64,000 nucleotides of DNA from a virus. This document shows, piece by piece, positions 9,273 through 20,100 of the stretch (position 1 is its first letter; each line of letters begins with the position of its first letter). The position numbers were made by a program, and so were the translations under genes. Location of the stretch: positions 10,593-74,592 of IMG/VR virus record IMGVR_UViG_3300022177_000062; one strand, given 5' to 3'. Below the pieces are notes generated by a model. It worked only from the letters and a program-made list of their open reading frames with translations, searched no databases and was not told the DNA's origin.

Positions 9273-9668
9273 ATGGCAAGCCGTAAAATTGAAGATCTCG
9301 TGCCCGAGCTACAGACACTCTTTCACGAGTTTTCCATGCAGATGCACGATGCGGGCTTGCAGTTCATCGTCACCTGCACCTATCGATCCCAGGATGAACA
9401 GGATGAACTGTATGCGCGCGGCAGGACCAAACCGGGCAACAAGGTCACGTGGACCCGAAATAGCCGCCACACCCGCAGGACGGCGTTCGACATCGCCCTG
9501 GTGAAAGACGGCAAAGTCTCGTGGGACATCAAAGCGGACGTCAACGATAACGATATTGCCGACTACGAAGAAGCCGGGGAGATCGGTGAATCTGTCGGTC
9601 TGGAATGGGGTGGAAGATGGAAGACTCCGGACAGACCTCATTTCCAGTTAAGGGAACGCACGGCATGA
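9273..9668 (+). CDS. Endolysin, peptidase M15 family
   Basis: TCTYRS..EQ..LY, SRH...AFD and DRPHFQ motifs. Confidence 0.85.
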   Translation: MASRKIEDLVPELQTLFHEFSMQMHDAGLQFIVTCTYRSQDEQDELYARGRTKPGNKVTWTRNSRHTRRTAFDIALVKDGKVSWDIKADVNDNDIADYEEAGEIGESVGLEWGGRWKTPDRPHFQLRERTA

Positions 9669-9778
9669 ACAACAAGGGCCACTTCACCATCAATATCGTG
9701 CCGTTCATCTGGCTTGCCATCTGGTGCGGCCTGACATGGCCACTTTGGTTTCTGATTCGGTTACTATTCAAAGCGTAG
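9665..9778 (+). CDS. 37-aa hydrophobic protein
   Basis: MNNKGHFTINIVPFIWLAIWCGLTWPLWFLIRLLFKA; ATGA overlap with endolysin. Confidence 0.5.
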   Translation: MNNKGHFTINIVPFIWLAIWCGLTWPLWFLIRLLFKA

Positions 9779-9785
9779 GTGTTGC

Positions 9786-10046
9786 ATGAAAAAGTGGGTC
9801 AGGGACTTATTAGTCGAGGGCGACGGCAACCCGTCCATAGGTAGCCTGGCCTTTCTCATCGTCGTATTGGTCTATTCCTTCGACCATATCTGGTCGGCGG
9901 TCAAAATTCAGCCTCTCCGGATGAGCTCGACCGATATCGCTTGGTTGGCCGTCTCTCTGTACGGCGTCAAAAAGTTGGCTCCTCTGTTCCAGGGTATCAA
10001 AGCCTATTTTGGAGGCAAGAAAGATGACCATCAACCTCAGCCTTAA
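9786..10046 (+). CDS. Putative holin
   Basis: 86 aa, two TM segments, basic C-terminus, next to endolysin. Confidence 0.55.
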   Translation: MKKWVRDLLVEGDGNPSIGSLAFLIVVLVYSFDHIWSAVKIQPLRMSSTDIAWLAVSLYGVKKLAPLFQGIKAYFGGKKDDHQPQP

Positions 10047-10596
10047 ATCCGTTGGCATTCTTGCCGGGGTCCTTGCCATTCTTGCCGGAACCTCAGTGGC
10101 CTACTTTCATTTCAAGAAACCGGATCCTGTGAATATGGCTCAGTACAGTCCCGCTGCCGAGATGCGCGAGACGGTAAAAATCAAGCGTATCGAGGTTCCA
10201 GTGGAACGCATCATCACCATCGAGAAGGAAAAGGTTGTTGAGAAGCTGAGATTGTCCGACGACATCGCAAAGGATCCGGACAAGCAGATTATAGCCACAA
10301 CGAAAGTCCCGGCCTACGAAGGTGATACAGACGTAGTCGCCATCGTGGACACGAAAACCGGTGAAGGGTCGATGGTGGTAAAGCAAGAACCGGTGCCCCT
10401 GTTTGCCTTCCAGAACAAGAAAGAACTTGGTGGCCGTTTCGGATATGTCGCCGGCGAAAGCGGCCTGAAACAGCAGGTCGATTTTTACGGAAGATGGACC
10501 ATATTTCGCGTTGGGCGTGTTCATGTTGGTCTGTACGGAGAGATCAACAGTAAGCCCGAAGGGAAAACAGCGGTGGACGTATCGTACAGGTGGTAA
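10024..10596 (+). CDS. Spanin-like protein (N-terminal TM, C-terminal amphipathic beta strands)
   Basis: TM GILAGVLAILAGTSVAYF; ends VDVSYRW; last gene of the lysis cassette. Confidence 0.45.
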   Translation: MTINLSLKSVGILAGVLAILAGTSVAYFHFKKPDPVNMAQYSPAAEMRETVKIKRIEVPVERIITIEKEKVVEKLRLSDDIAKDPDKQIIATTKVPAYEGDTDVVAIVDTKTGEGSMVVKQEPVPLFAFQNKKELGGRFGYVAGESGLKQQVDFYGRWTIFRVGRVHVGLYGEINSKPEGKTAVDVSYRW

Positions 10597-10611
10597 ACAA
10601 CTGAATAACCG

Positions 10612-10639
10612 GGGACAGGCTATCCGGTCTGTCCCTTTT
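10612..10639 (+). terminator. Intrinsic terminator after lysis cassette
   Basis: GGGACAG/CTGTCCC stem followed by TTTT. Confidence 0.55.
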
Positions 10640-10677
10640 CTATTCCAAATCCAATAAGCCATACAGGAGGCAAAAGG

Positions 10678-11205
10678 ATGAGACCGATAGCACTTTCCAA
10701 AAAACCCCGCACCTATATCCCGAAAGAGTTCCGGGATGAGGAAAACCCCCCCGAATTCACGCTGAGATCCATCAGCAGGCGTGAGATGCTTCAAATCCAT
10801 GCGGCACACTCCCAGAAAATCAGAATCGGCGACAACCTCTCCGAGTTGCAGACCGCTCTTGCGTCCATAGAAAGCAAGAAGCCCGAGGAGATCGGTGAAG
10901 AGGATCTCTCGGTTCTGTCTGGCCTCGACTTTACTCCGATAGTTCAGGCGTCTCTCGATACCCTCAACATCCATATAGCAGTTCTGAGGGTAGGTCTGTC
11001 GGGCTGGAAGAATGTGCCCGTGTCGGATACCGAATTTCTCCGGTATGACCCCGAGAGTATCGACTGCCTTGACGCCGCAATCATCACCGAGCTGGCCAAC
11101 GAGGTCATGGGTGTCGTTTCCCCCGAGGAATCGGAAAATTTAGAAGAAGTCTCCGCATCTCAGAGTGGTCCCGAGATGAAGGGTGGAGCTGCGGAGACTG
11201 CATAA
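10678..11205 (+). CDS. Tail assembly chaperone (gpG-like)
   Basis: FTLRSISRRE and GLSGWKNV motifs; upstream of tape measure; carries a slippery site. Confidence 0.75.
   Translation: MRPIALSKKPRTYIPKEFRDEENPPEFTLRSISRREMLQIHAAHSQKIRIGDNLSELQTALASIESKKPEEIGEEDLSVLSGLDFTPIVQASLDTLNIHIAVLRVGLSGWKNVPVSDTEFLRYDPESIDCLDAAIITELANEVMGVVSPEESENLEEVSASQSGPEMKGGAAETA
11136..11142 (+). promoter_or_regulatory. -1 ribosomal frameshift heptamer A AAT TTA
   Basis: X XXY YYZ in the gpG frame; -1 frame is open to 11498. Confidence 0.8.
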
Positions 11206-11498
11206 AGAACCACCTGCGGGCAGTAAGGAACTGTGACGGCAAGGGCAACCAGTCCTTTGCCGTCAACGTGTTCGGTGAAGTCTACAAGCAGTGTCCGTTG
11301 TCCTTTCTGGATGAAGGATGCATTCAGGTAGCCAACCTCGTCAACATGAGCACAGGGGGCATGGGCGGCATAAGCGCCCTGCCCTCTCAACTGCTTGAAG
11401 AAACGCAGCTCTTCTTCAACGCGTATTCGCATATCGCCCGGATAGACGGGGAGATAGAGGACGTCAAAAAGAAGCAGAAGGAACAACGAAATGGCTGA
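11136..11498 (+). CDS. gpT-like frameshift extension (G-T fusion)
   Basis: -1 frame: RRSLRISEWSRDEGWSCGDC...NCDG...QCPLSFL...; in frame with the tracked ORF 11268-11498. Confidence 0.7.
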   Translation, partial: KFRRSLRISEWSRDEGWSCGDCIKNHLRAVRNCDGKGNQSFAVNVFGEVYKQCPLSFLDEGCIQVANLVNMSTGGMGGISALPSQLLEETQLFFNAYSHIARIDGEIEDVKKKQKEQRNG

Positions 11499-14400
11499 CA
11501 AGATCAAACGGCTAGGCGTAGGCATCAAGCTTGATACGGCTTCCATAAAGAGCGAACTGGAGAAGTTGCGCACTCTTGTACAAGAGGCCGTGAAACCGTT
11601 TGGTATCGGTTCCGGGTCCATCGACGGTCTTACGAAAGAGGTCAAAGCGGCATCCGATCAGATGAAGCAGATCAAACGCGACCTGGTGGCCTATCAGAAG
11701 GCTCAGGACGCCGACCTTGCCCGCGAAGAAGTGGCCATGGCGAAGAGAGTAAACGCCGAACTCATCGCTCTCCAGAAGGCGCGTTATCAGCAGGCTTCTG
11801 CGGTAAACAAGTCCCTCACCGCCTCTGGTGGTTTCAACTGGATGACAGGGGGGATGGACGCGAGTAGTCGGTCTCAGATGGTCTCCTATTACCAGCAACA
11901 GGCGCGCGAAGCCGACAAGCTGGCCGGCGCGACACGGCGGGTCAGCAAGGCCCACTCGGACGGCGGCCGCGTTCTCGATGCCTATCACTCAGCCATTCTT
12001 AACCTGCGCGGCGGGATTTCGGGCTATATCAAGGATGTCCAGAACATGATCCTGATTCAGGCCCGGTGGTACGGCGCAAGGACCCTGCTGTTTGGAGCCA
12101 CACAAACAATTAACATGGGCGTGCAGCACGTCCTCGACGTGGATCAGGCACAAGCAAAGCTCCTGCGATACTCAGCCATGGAAGAAGAGGTCACAAGTGC
12201 CCATCGGCGAATGGTGGGAGACATAATCCTTTACTCGCGGCAAATGGCAACCCGTCTCCCAATAGATTTTAACGAGGTGGTCAAAGCCGCTGACAGGTTG
12301 CTTGCGGCAGGTGTAGATATTGATACCGTCAAAGCCTCCCTGAAATCGTTCGCTCAGGTACAGCTTTCATTCCCCGAAATAGAGCCAGAGAAATTTACAA
12401 AGGCCATCGTGGGCCTGGTCAACACGTTCCGAAGCTCCCCCGGAATGGCGAATCTGGAAAACGACGCGCAGCGGATAAAGTCCATACTGGACAAGGTAAC
12501 CATTGTCCTTGCAAAGAGCGTCATGGACCCCAAAGACCTTACGCCGGTTATCCAGTATATGGGGCAGATGTCACAAGCCGCCGGGTTCTCTGTTGACCAG
12601 ATGCTTTCCTTGTCAGCGATCATCACCAACCTTGGTTCAAAGGCTGCGCCCGCGGCGCGCGCTCTCAGGGGCCTCATAGACTCCCTGTCGTCCAAGAAGG
12701 GTCTCGAAGCCCTTGAAAGCATCGGTATCCAGCTTGATAAGAACAAGACTATGGCGGAGCAATTTTCCAAGATCATCGATGGTCTGAGATCGGCTGTCGG
12801 CACCGGTGAAGGCAAGGGCATGACCCTTGGCGCCTTGGAGTTTCTGCGGGATGTTGCCCCCACCCAGAGACGGAATGTCCTTATAGCTCTTATCAGGGAA
12901 ATGGAAAAGTACAAGGAGCTTGTAGAGGCGTCGGAAAAATCGGAAGGGGCATTGGACAGAACAGCCAACACCATGTCCGAATCCATGAGAAGCAAACTGA
13001 CGATCCTGAAGAATCTTTCGAAGGAACTCGGGGCGTCGCTGTTCGCCACAGACTCTCTTGCGGGTGGGGTTGATCTTCTCGTGCAGATGCTCAGAGCGCT
13101 TGGTTTTGTCATGTCGGGTGTAGCGGGGGCGTCGGTGATTGTCGTGGATGCTTTCCGCACCATGTGGAGCATGTTCAGCATCGTTCTTGTGACTGCTCGG
13201 GAACTGGCGAATGTCCTCTACAACATCACGACCTTCAACTGGTCAGGTATCGTTGAGTCAATCAAGACTGGCTACAGAGATATCGCGGCCGAAATATCAA
13301 ATATAGCGGAAATAGGTGACACATCTCTCGGGCGCGCCGGAACAATATCTGAGCACATCCAACTGATAATGAACAAGCCCCTCCTCTCATTCGATGGAGG
13401 GAAGGATGATGCCAACAAGAAGGCTGTTGCCGATTACGTCAAGAACATCTTGGGCGGTGGCGGAGAGGGAACGAAGGGCGTTTACCGCCTCGAACTCAGG
13501 GCCGCGAAAGAACACGCAAAGGCCATGCTCGACATTGAGAAAAGCAACTATGACCTGCGCTTTGCCATTCTCTCGAACTTCCACAAGCTCGGCGGGTCCA
13601 CGATTGAGGAGTACTATCAGGCCGAGTTGGAGAACGCGGAAGAGAACCGCAAGAACCGTCTGGCAATCCTTGACCTTGAAGCAAAGGAAATCGAAGAAGC
13701 ATACAGCAAGGGCATGAGCGAAAAGGGTGTAACAGGCGACAAAAAAGCCGCTCTGGCTGACAAACGTGATGCCGATCTCACAAAGAACAACGCCAATCGG
13801 GTCAAGGCCCAGAATGACTATCTCAAGGAGGTCTCGAACCTCGAAACGCAGTTCTACCTGAAATCCGTCGAAAAACTCATGCAACGGTATCAGCACGAAG
13901 CTGAAATACTGAAGCTCAAGACCCAGGGAAGAATCCAGCAGAATCAGTGGGCCGTCGAAGAGGAAGAGAAGCAGATCGACTGGCTGTATGAAAATGGTAC
14001 GCTCAACATGGGAGAGTACTACCAGAGGCGCGCCGACCTAATCAAGCTCGGTCTTGACCTCGCCATCCAGTCCTATCGGAACGAGTACGACCAGTGGAAG
14101 AGCCTCTGGGAGAGGAAGGTCGAACTGGCCTATGGACAACAGGAAAAACTCACCGAGCTTTACCGTGAGCAGGAAAAGAGAGATCAGGAACTGGCCAACA
14201 ACATCGCTCAGGCTCAGAGAGAGGCCGCTACCGCAGTCAGCGACGAATACCGCAAGCTGGCTGATGATATCCGGTCCACATACTTCGAGCCGATGAAGAG
14301 CGGCATTAGCGATTTCCTGAACTACTCCTCCGATAAGTTCATGGACTTCAGAGAACTGGCCCTGAATGTTCTGAATGATGTCTATAACAGCATGGTTCAG

Positions 14401-14889
14401 AAGTTCCTCACGAACAGGATTGTTGGTGGGCTGACCGATCTGGCCATGGGATTCTTTGGCGGAGGTTCAACTGCCGGCGCCAGCAACTCGGGTGCTTATT
14501 CTTCGTTTGGCAGCACATTCAGCTTTCTTGGCAGTGCGAAAGGCAACGTGTTTTCAACCGCCGGTCTCAAGCCCTACCTGAACACCGTTGTTGACCGGCC
14601 CACCCTGTTTGCCTTTGCCAAGGGTGCAGGGGTGTTTGGCGAGGACGGAGCGGAAGCGATCATGCCCCTCAAGCGGACCCGATCCGGCAGCTTGGGCGTG
14701 GAAGCCGAAGGGGTCAGTCAGATGCCGACCGTCAAGGTCTCTCTGGTGGTCAACAACAACACGGGTCAGCAGTTCGCCACCAGGCAAGAAACGTCACGGG
14801 GAGTCAACCCGCAAGAGCTGATCGTTACGCTGTGGCTTGAAGCTCTGGACAGGAACGCCTACGGCCTCAGAACGGCGATAGGCAGATAA
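11491..14889 (+). CDS. Tape measure protein
   Basis: 1132 aa, Ala-rich helical; C-terminal AKGNVF...GEDGAEAIMPLKR. Confidence 0.9.
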   Translation: MADKIKRLGVGIKLDTASIKSELEKLRTLVQEAVKPFGIGSGSIDGLTKEVKAASDQMKQIKRDLVAYQKAQDADLAREEVAMAKRVNAELIALQKARYQQASAVNKSLTASGGFNWMTGGMDASSRSQMVSYYQQQAREADKLAGATRRVSKAHSDGGRVLDAYHSAILNLRGGISGYIKDVQNMILIQARWYGARTLLFGATQTINMGVQHVLDVDQAQAKLLRYSAMEEEVTSAHRRMVGDIILYSRQMATRLPIDFNEVVKAADRLLAAGVDIDTVKASLKSFAQVQLSFPEIEPEKFTKAIVGLVNTFRSSPGMANLENDAQRIKSILDKVTIVLAKSVMDPKDLTPVIQYMGQMSQAAGFSVDQMLSLSAIITNLGSKAAPAARALRGLIDSLSSKKGLEALESIGIQLDKNKTMAEQFSKIIDGLRSAVGTGEGKGMTLGALEFLRDVAPTQRRNVLIALIREMEKYKELVEASEKSEGALDRTANTMSESMRSKLTILKNLSKELGASLFATDSLAGGVDLLVQMLRALGFVMSGVAGASVIVVDAFRTMWSMFSIVLVTARELANVLYNITTFNWSGIVESIKTGYRDIAAEISNIAEIGDTSLGRAGTISEHIQLIMNKPLLSFDGGKDDANKKAVADYVKNILGGGGEGTKGVYRLELRAAKEHAKAMLDIEKSNYDLRFAILSNFHKLGGSTIEEYYQAELENAEENRKNRLAILDLEAKEIEEAYSKGMSEKGVTGDKKAALADKRDADLTKNNANRVKAQNDYLKEVSNLETQFYLKSVEKLMQRYQHEAEILKLKTQGRIQQNQWAVEEEEKQIDWLYENGTLNMGEYYQRRADLIKLGLDLAIQSYRNEYDQWKSLWERKVELAYGQQEKLTELYREQEKRDQELANNIAQAQREAATAVSDEYRKLADDIRSTYFEPMKSGISDFLNYSSDKFMDFRELALNVLNDVYNSMVQKFLTNRIVGGLTDLAMGFFGGGSTAGASNSGAYSSFGSTFSFLGSAKGNVFSTAGLKPYLNTVVDRPTLFAFAKGAGVFGEDGAEAIMPLKRTRSGSLGVEAEGVSQMPTVKVSLVVNNNTGQQFATRQETSRGVNPQELIVTLWLEALDRNAYGLRTAIGR

Positions 14890-14958
14890 GCTCAACAGGC
14901 CAATAAGTTAAAGGGGATGCAGACTATACTGCATCCCCTTTCTATTTGGAGAACATCA

Positions 14959-15306
14959 ATGGACAGCTTTAACGACGCATACACGCAGCAGCCGTCCTTC
15001 GGGTCCTCGGAAGAGTACTACAGACCCATGGATAACACCGAGTTCGAGGCCAATTACGTTCAGGTAACGGCAACCGCTTCAAGAGGACGGCACAGTCCCT
15101 TCTCTTTAACATGGGAGAAGCTGCCGGAAGCCCAGTACCAGTCCATAAAGACGTTCTTTGATTCTCACGTGGGCGAGGAGTTCACGTGGACACATCCCGT
15201 CACAAGCGTTGTGCATACGGTTGTTTTCAGGACTGGCAAGCTCAAGAGCGACTTCGTTGAGCCGTTTGGTTACAGGAAGCTCTCCGTTGAACTGGAGGAA
15301 ATGTAG
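14959..15306 (+). CDS. Distal tail protein (lambda gpM-like)
   Basis: FFDSHVGEEFTWTHP motif; directly after tape measure. Confidence 0.7.
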   Translation: MDSFNDAYTQQPSFGSSEEYYRPMDNTEFEANYVQVTATASRGRHSPFSLTWEKLPEAQYQSIKTFFDSHVGEEFTWTHPVTSVVHTVVFRTGKLKSDFVEPFGYRKLSVELEEM

Positions 15307-16719
15307 ATGCCATTGGAGATCTCTTCCGCAGCCATACAGGAAAAGAACAAACTCGCCGGGGGTAGCGGAAAGTACTGGATTGTCCTGCTGGATATCTACG
15401 TACCTGGCCTCGAAGACAATATCAGAGTGACAAGCGACAACGAGGAGACGGTCTGGAATGGCAACACCTATGTTCCCTTTCCCTTCGAGATTGAGGAGAT
15501 CAGCGATACGTCCAAGGGCGAAGTCCCCCGCGTAGACATCAAGGTATCCAACGTCACCAGGGCCATGGAGGGGTATCTACAGGATTATGACTACTACACG
15601 AAGATCAACGGCTACAGCCCCGTAGAGCTGACCATATCTGTCGTCCACTCGGCTCACCTTGATCCTACCGAGGAGAACGTGAACACCGAGGTCTTGACAT
15701 CTGGCACCGCAACTCGTGCGGATACACGGCTCTCCTTGGCAGACGGTGTAGCCTTCTTCGATGCATCAGGGCCGTTTCTTGCCTACAAGGGCGCGAAACT
15801 GACGGTTACTAGCAACGGCACGGGAAAGAAAATAACCGGTATCATCAAGGCGGCGGGGAGCGGGGACGGGGAGACGTATGGGCCGGAGCTTGTAACCAAC
15901 GGGGGCTTCGAGACCGGCAATCCCCCCACGGGATGGAACGCGGGAACAAACGCGACCCTTGCACAGACAGCTGGAGGTCAAAGCGGGAACTGCATCAGTT
16001 TGTACAACAATCTCGGGGCGGGGGCTGCAGCGTCTGCCAACCAGTCGATCACGACAACTGAAGGTGCCCTTTACACAGCCAGCCGCTATCTGAAATCAGG
16101 CACGGCGGGCGCCAACACCAGCAACTTCATCCTCTATAAAGCCGGATATGCGGGCGTTCTCGGCGAAACGGGCAATACTGTATCAACAGATACATGGTCC
16201 CAGGCCGGTTTTTATAGAACAGCAACGGGAACCTCCACCATAGTCTATCTGTTCAAGGGCATCGGGGTAGACGGGACCATGTTGTTCGATACCGTCTCTG
16301 TGAAACAGGTCCTCACCCCCTCCGCGACAGGCGTAACCATCGTCAGTTCTCCGGGCGGGTCTGTGAGCAATTGGGCGCGCGCGGAGGCAGGGTTTAATTA
16401 CAATGATTCGAGTGGGTACACGTACACGATAGAATACCTCTTGCCCGCAACCGAATACGTCTTCCATCTGAAGCAACCGAAAACGAGTAGCAAATGGGCC
16501 ACATTCACCCTGGGGGCGAATAACCCTTTCAGCAAACGCTTTCCGCTCAACAGGCTCCTCAAGAATCGTTGCCGGTACAAGCAATTCAGGAATTGGCGGT
16601 GTGGCTATGCAGGTGCGGAAACAACCTGCGACAGAACGCTCGCCCGTTGTCGGGAACTGGGCAACTCGGAACGGTTCGGAGGGACGCCAGGCGTCGGCAA
16701 CTCACCGGTGATCGTATGA
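15307..16719 (+). CDS. Tail tip protein (gpL-like) with inserted carbohydrate-binding-like module
   Basis: WNGNTYVPFPFEI and C-terminal four-Cys motif; about 255-aa insertion containing ELVTNGGFE. Confidence 0.75.
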   Translation: MPLEISSAAIQEKNKLAGGSGKYWIVLLDIYVPGLEDNIRVTSDNEETVWNGNTYVPFPFEIEEISDTSKGEVPRVDIKVSNVTRAMEGYLQDYDYYTKINGYSPVELTISVVHSAHLDPTEENVNTEVLTSGTATRADTRLSLADGVAFFDASGPFLAYKGAKLTVTSNGTGKKITGIIKAAGSGDGETYGPELVTNGGFETGNPPTGWNAGTNATLAQTAGGQSGNCISLYNNLGAGAAASANQSITTTEGALYTASRYLKSGTAGANTSNFILYKAGYAGVLGETGNTVSTDTWSQAGFYRTATGTSTIVYLFKGIGVDGTMLFDTVSVKQVLTPSATGVTIVSSPGGSVSNWARAEAGFNYNDSSGYTYTIEYLLPATEYVFHLKQPKTSSKWATFTLGANNPFSKRFPLNRLLKNRCRYKQFRNWRCGYAGAETTCDRTLARCRELGNSERFGGTPGVGNSPVIV

Positions 16720-17138
16720 AAAGCCTGAACGACTTTATAGGCTGTCCATTTAAGAACAAGGGCAGGGGCGAATTCGACCCCGTCACCCGCAAACCCTTCT
16801 ACGACTGTTACGGACTCTTCGTAGCGATTTACAGAGAGTGCTACGCAATCGATCTGCCTGATTATCGAATCTCCTGTTTCGCCACGGAGGAGATCCGAGT
16901 TCAGTTCGAGAAGGAAGTAGGCAAATGGGAAGAGCTGGAGAAACCGGAAGTTCCCTGCGCCGTGGCCCTGGCGACGGACCCCGAGCACCCCGGCATGGTC
17001 TGCCACTTCGGTGTGTATATTGGCAACGGAAGGTTCATTCACACGCTGCGAAAGACCGCATCCATAGCGTCCACCATCTATGACCCCGTCTGGAAAAACA
17101 AGATCAAAGGATACTTCAAATGGAAAGCATCCTCCTAA
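16716..17138 (+). CDS. NlpC/P60 tail assembly protein (gpK-like)
   Basis: DCYGLF, HFGVYIGNGRFIH; ATGA overlap. Confidence 0.85.
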   Translation: MKSLNDFIGCPFKNKGRGEFDPVTRKPFYDCYGLFVAIYRECYAIDLPDYRISCFATEEIRVQFEKEVGKWEELEKPEVPCAVALATDPEHPGMVCHFGVYIGNGRFIHTLRKTASIASTIYDPVWKNKIKGYFKWKASS

Positions 17139-20100
17139 CCTGCATAAAGAACCCGTTCAAGCCCGTTGAGAGTAAGGTCACTAAGCTGGTGGACCATCTC
17201 CCCTCTATCCGGCATGCGCTGAACGAGTTCTATCCTGCCCCCCTTGACAGCGGACTGGATATCGTAGTCTCTCTGACGACCAATGCCTGTCCCTCCAGAC
17301 TCCTTTCCGAAAGCGAGATCGATACCCTGAGTCCCCTCCCGGGTGACTCCATAGTCTTCACGGCCGTGCCTCATGGCGGGGACGGGGGCGGAGGAGGGAG
17401 TAAGGACATCGTACGGGCCGTGGCCATGCTGGCCGTGGTGCTCGTAGCGGTGGCGGCGCAACAGTATTGGACCATTCCCATGTTGGGGATGAGTGCGGCG
17501 GCGACGGGCACGGTCGTCGGCATGGGCATAGCAATCGCCGGCGGTCTCCTTGTCAACGCCCTGCTTCCGGCATCGGTCGCGTCCGATGATGCTGCAGACT
17601 ATTCATATGCGAGTTCAGATTACAGCAAATCAGCCACCTATGGTTGGGACCCGTCTTCAAACGCCGAACAGGAAGGCGGGATGTTGCCCGTCCTCTATGG
17701 AACTCACAGGGTCGTTCCCCCGATCATTGGTCGCTACGTTTCAACAAGCGGCAGCTTGCAATACCTCAACATCCTGTACGCTGTTTGCGAGGGCGGGAAG
17801 ACTGGAATTGATTCGATCACCAATTACGAAATCAACGGCAATCCGTATACCTATTTCAATGACCTCAATGTTGTGACCCGGCTTGGTACGAACAGCCAGT
17901 CAGCGATCCCCTACTTCAACGACACAATATCGGATATCGCGGTAGGTGCCAAATTATCGACGTCTTACATTACCCGGTCGACGGTCGGCAACACGACACA
18001 GGGTCTTGGGGTGGGCATCCTTCTGCCGAACGGTCTCTACTATGCAAACGACAGTGGTGGCTTGACGGCTCAGTCGGTCTCATTCCAGATAGAATACAAG
18101 AAGACGTCCGATCCGTCGTGGACTGCGTGGGGCACCTACACCATCAGTGATGCCCAGAGTAGCGCGATCAGACGGTACTACCGGATCGACAATCTTACAC
18201 CGGGGCAATACGATGTCCGCGTTGTCCTGACCTCGGCCTTACCGGCGGGGGCACGGTACAGGAACGATACCTATTGGGAGTACGTCGAGGAGATAATCTA
18301 CGACGATTTTGCTTATCCTGGCATTGCGCTCATGGCTGTAAACGCCCTTGCCACAGACGAACTCTCGAATTCCACCCCGCGCGTCTCCTGCATTGCCTCC
18401 CGTCTCACCGTGCCGGTCTGGACCGGTGCGACCTACGAGAACAAGCCGGCCACAAATCCAGCGTGGGCCTGTTACGACATCCTCCACAACGACGAGTACG
18501 GGGGAGCGGTTCCCTATAACCGAATCATATATGAGAAATTCGAGGAATGGGCTGACTGGTGCGACCAGAATGGATACACCTGCAACATCTACTTTGACAC
18601 CATGAAGAACCTGCGGAAGGCCCTTGACATCGTTTGTACACTTGGACGGGGGAACGTTCTTCAGATTGGCTCCAAATTCACCTGTATCTATGACGGCGGC
18701 ACCTTGCCCTCTCAACGCTTCCTGTTCACGACGGGCAACATCGTCAAGGACTCGTTCGGCGAGGAGTGGCTCCCCATGGATGACCGGGCGAACCAGATCG
18801 AGATAACCTACTACGACGCGGAACTGAACTATAGCAAGCAACCGGCCGTTGTTGAACAGGATGGTTTCGATACCCTGGGTGTCGACATATCTCCCAGACA
18901 GGTCGATCTCATAGGTTGTACAGATCGGAGCATGGCACTGAAACATGCCAAGTTCCTTCTGAATTGCAACAGGTACATCACGAACACCACATCCTTTGAG
19001 GCCAGCAGAGATTCCATTGCCTGTCTACCGGGAGATATCATCGAGGTGGCACATGACGTTCCCAGATGGGGCTATTCCGGTCGAGTCGTTCTTGCGAGGA
19101 CCAACACGGTAACGCTGGACCGACAGGTTACTCTGGAGCCCGGCACAACCTACAAGGTTCAGGTACAGCATATCGACACGGATATCTCGGAGGAGTTGAC
19201 CGTAGAACCGGTAGCAGCCACCACAACGACCGATGAGCTTATCCTGACAACCGTTTGGGAGAATATCCCTGCCCGACATACAAAATACAGTTTCGGCGAA
19301 GAGGGGCGAATAACAAAGCTCTTCAGAATAACGGGGATTACAAGGGCGGAGAATATGCGCCGCAGGATCACCGCCGTAGAACACGTGCCCGACGTATACA
19401 ACGATGCGGTTGCAGTACCGGCTATCAGCAACGTTTCCGGTCTGACGCGCATGGCCGGGCTGTCTGTAACAGAAATCTTCAGGAAAAGCGCTCTCGGAGC
19501 CTTCGAATCCGTGGCCTCTCTGACGTGGAGAGGATACGCTATACAGTATTGGGTGTATCAGGCTCCTGCCGCCTCGGGTCCATGGACGCTCCTCGGGAGC
19601 ACGACACGGCGTTCCTACGAGACCAATCCGCTCCTGAAAGAGGGATCGCTCTATTACTTCTGTGTCACTCCGGACAAAACCATTGAAGGGGGATTGGTAG
19701 AAAGTGTCTACATATGGGGAAAAACCCGCGCACCATCGAACGTGACAAACTTCCGGGCAAGCCCGGCCCAGGGTGGTTTGCTCCTGTCGTGGGATGCCGT
19801 AGCGGATCCTGACATTGACTACTATCTTCTGAAGTTCTCTCAGAATACCGCCGATACATGGAACAAGATGACGACCGTAGGTAAGATCTACGGTACGTCA
19901 ATACCCCTTCCTGCGGCTTTGTCCGGAAAATATGCGGTTAAGGCTGTTGACCAGAGCGTACCACCAAACGAGAGTGAAGATGCGGCCTATATCGTGACGG
20001 ATGTTCCGACAGTGTTGGCCTGGAACGCTTACCGAGAGGACATCGAGGAACCCGGTTTCTCGGGAACAAAAACCGGTCTCACCGTTATCAACGGCTCGCT

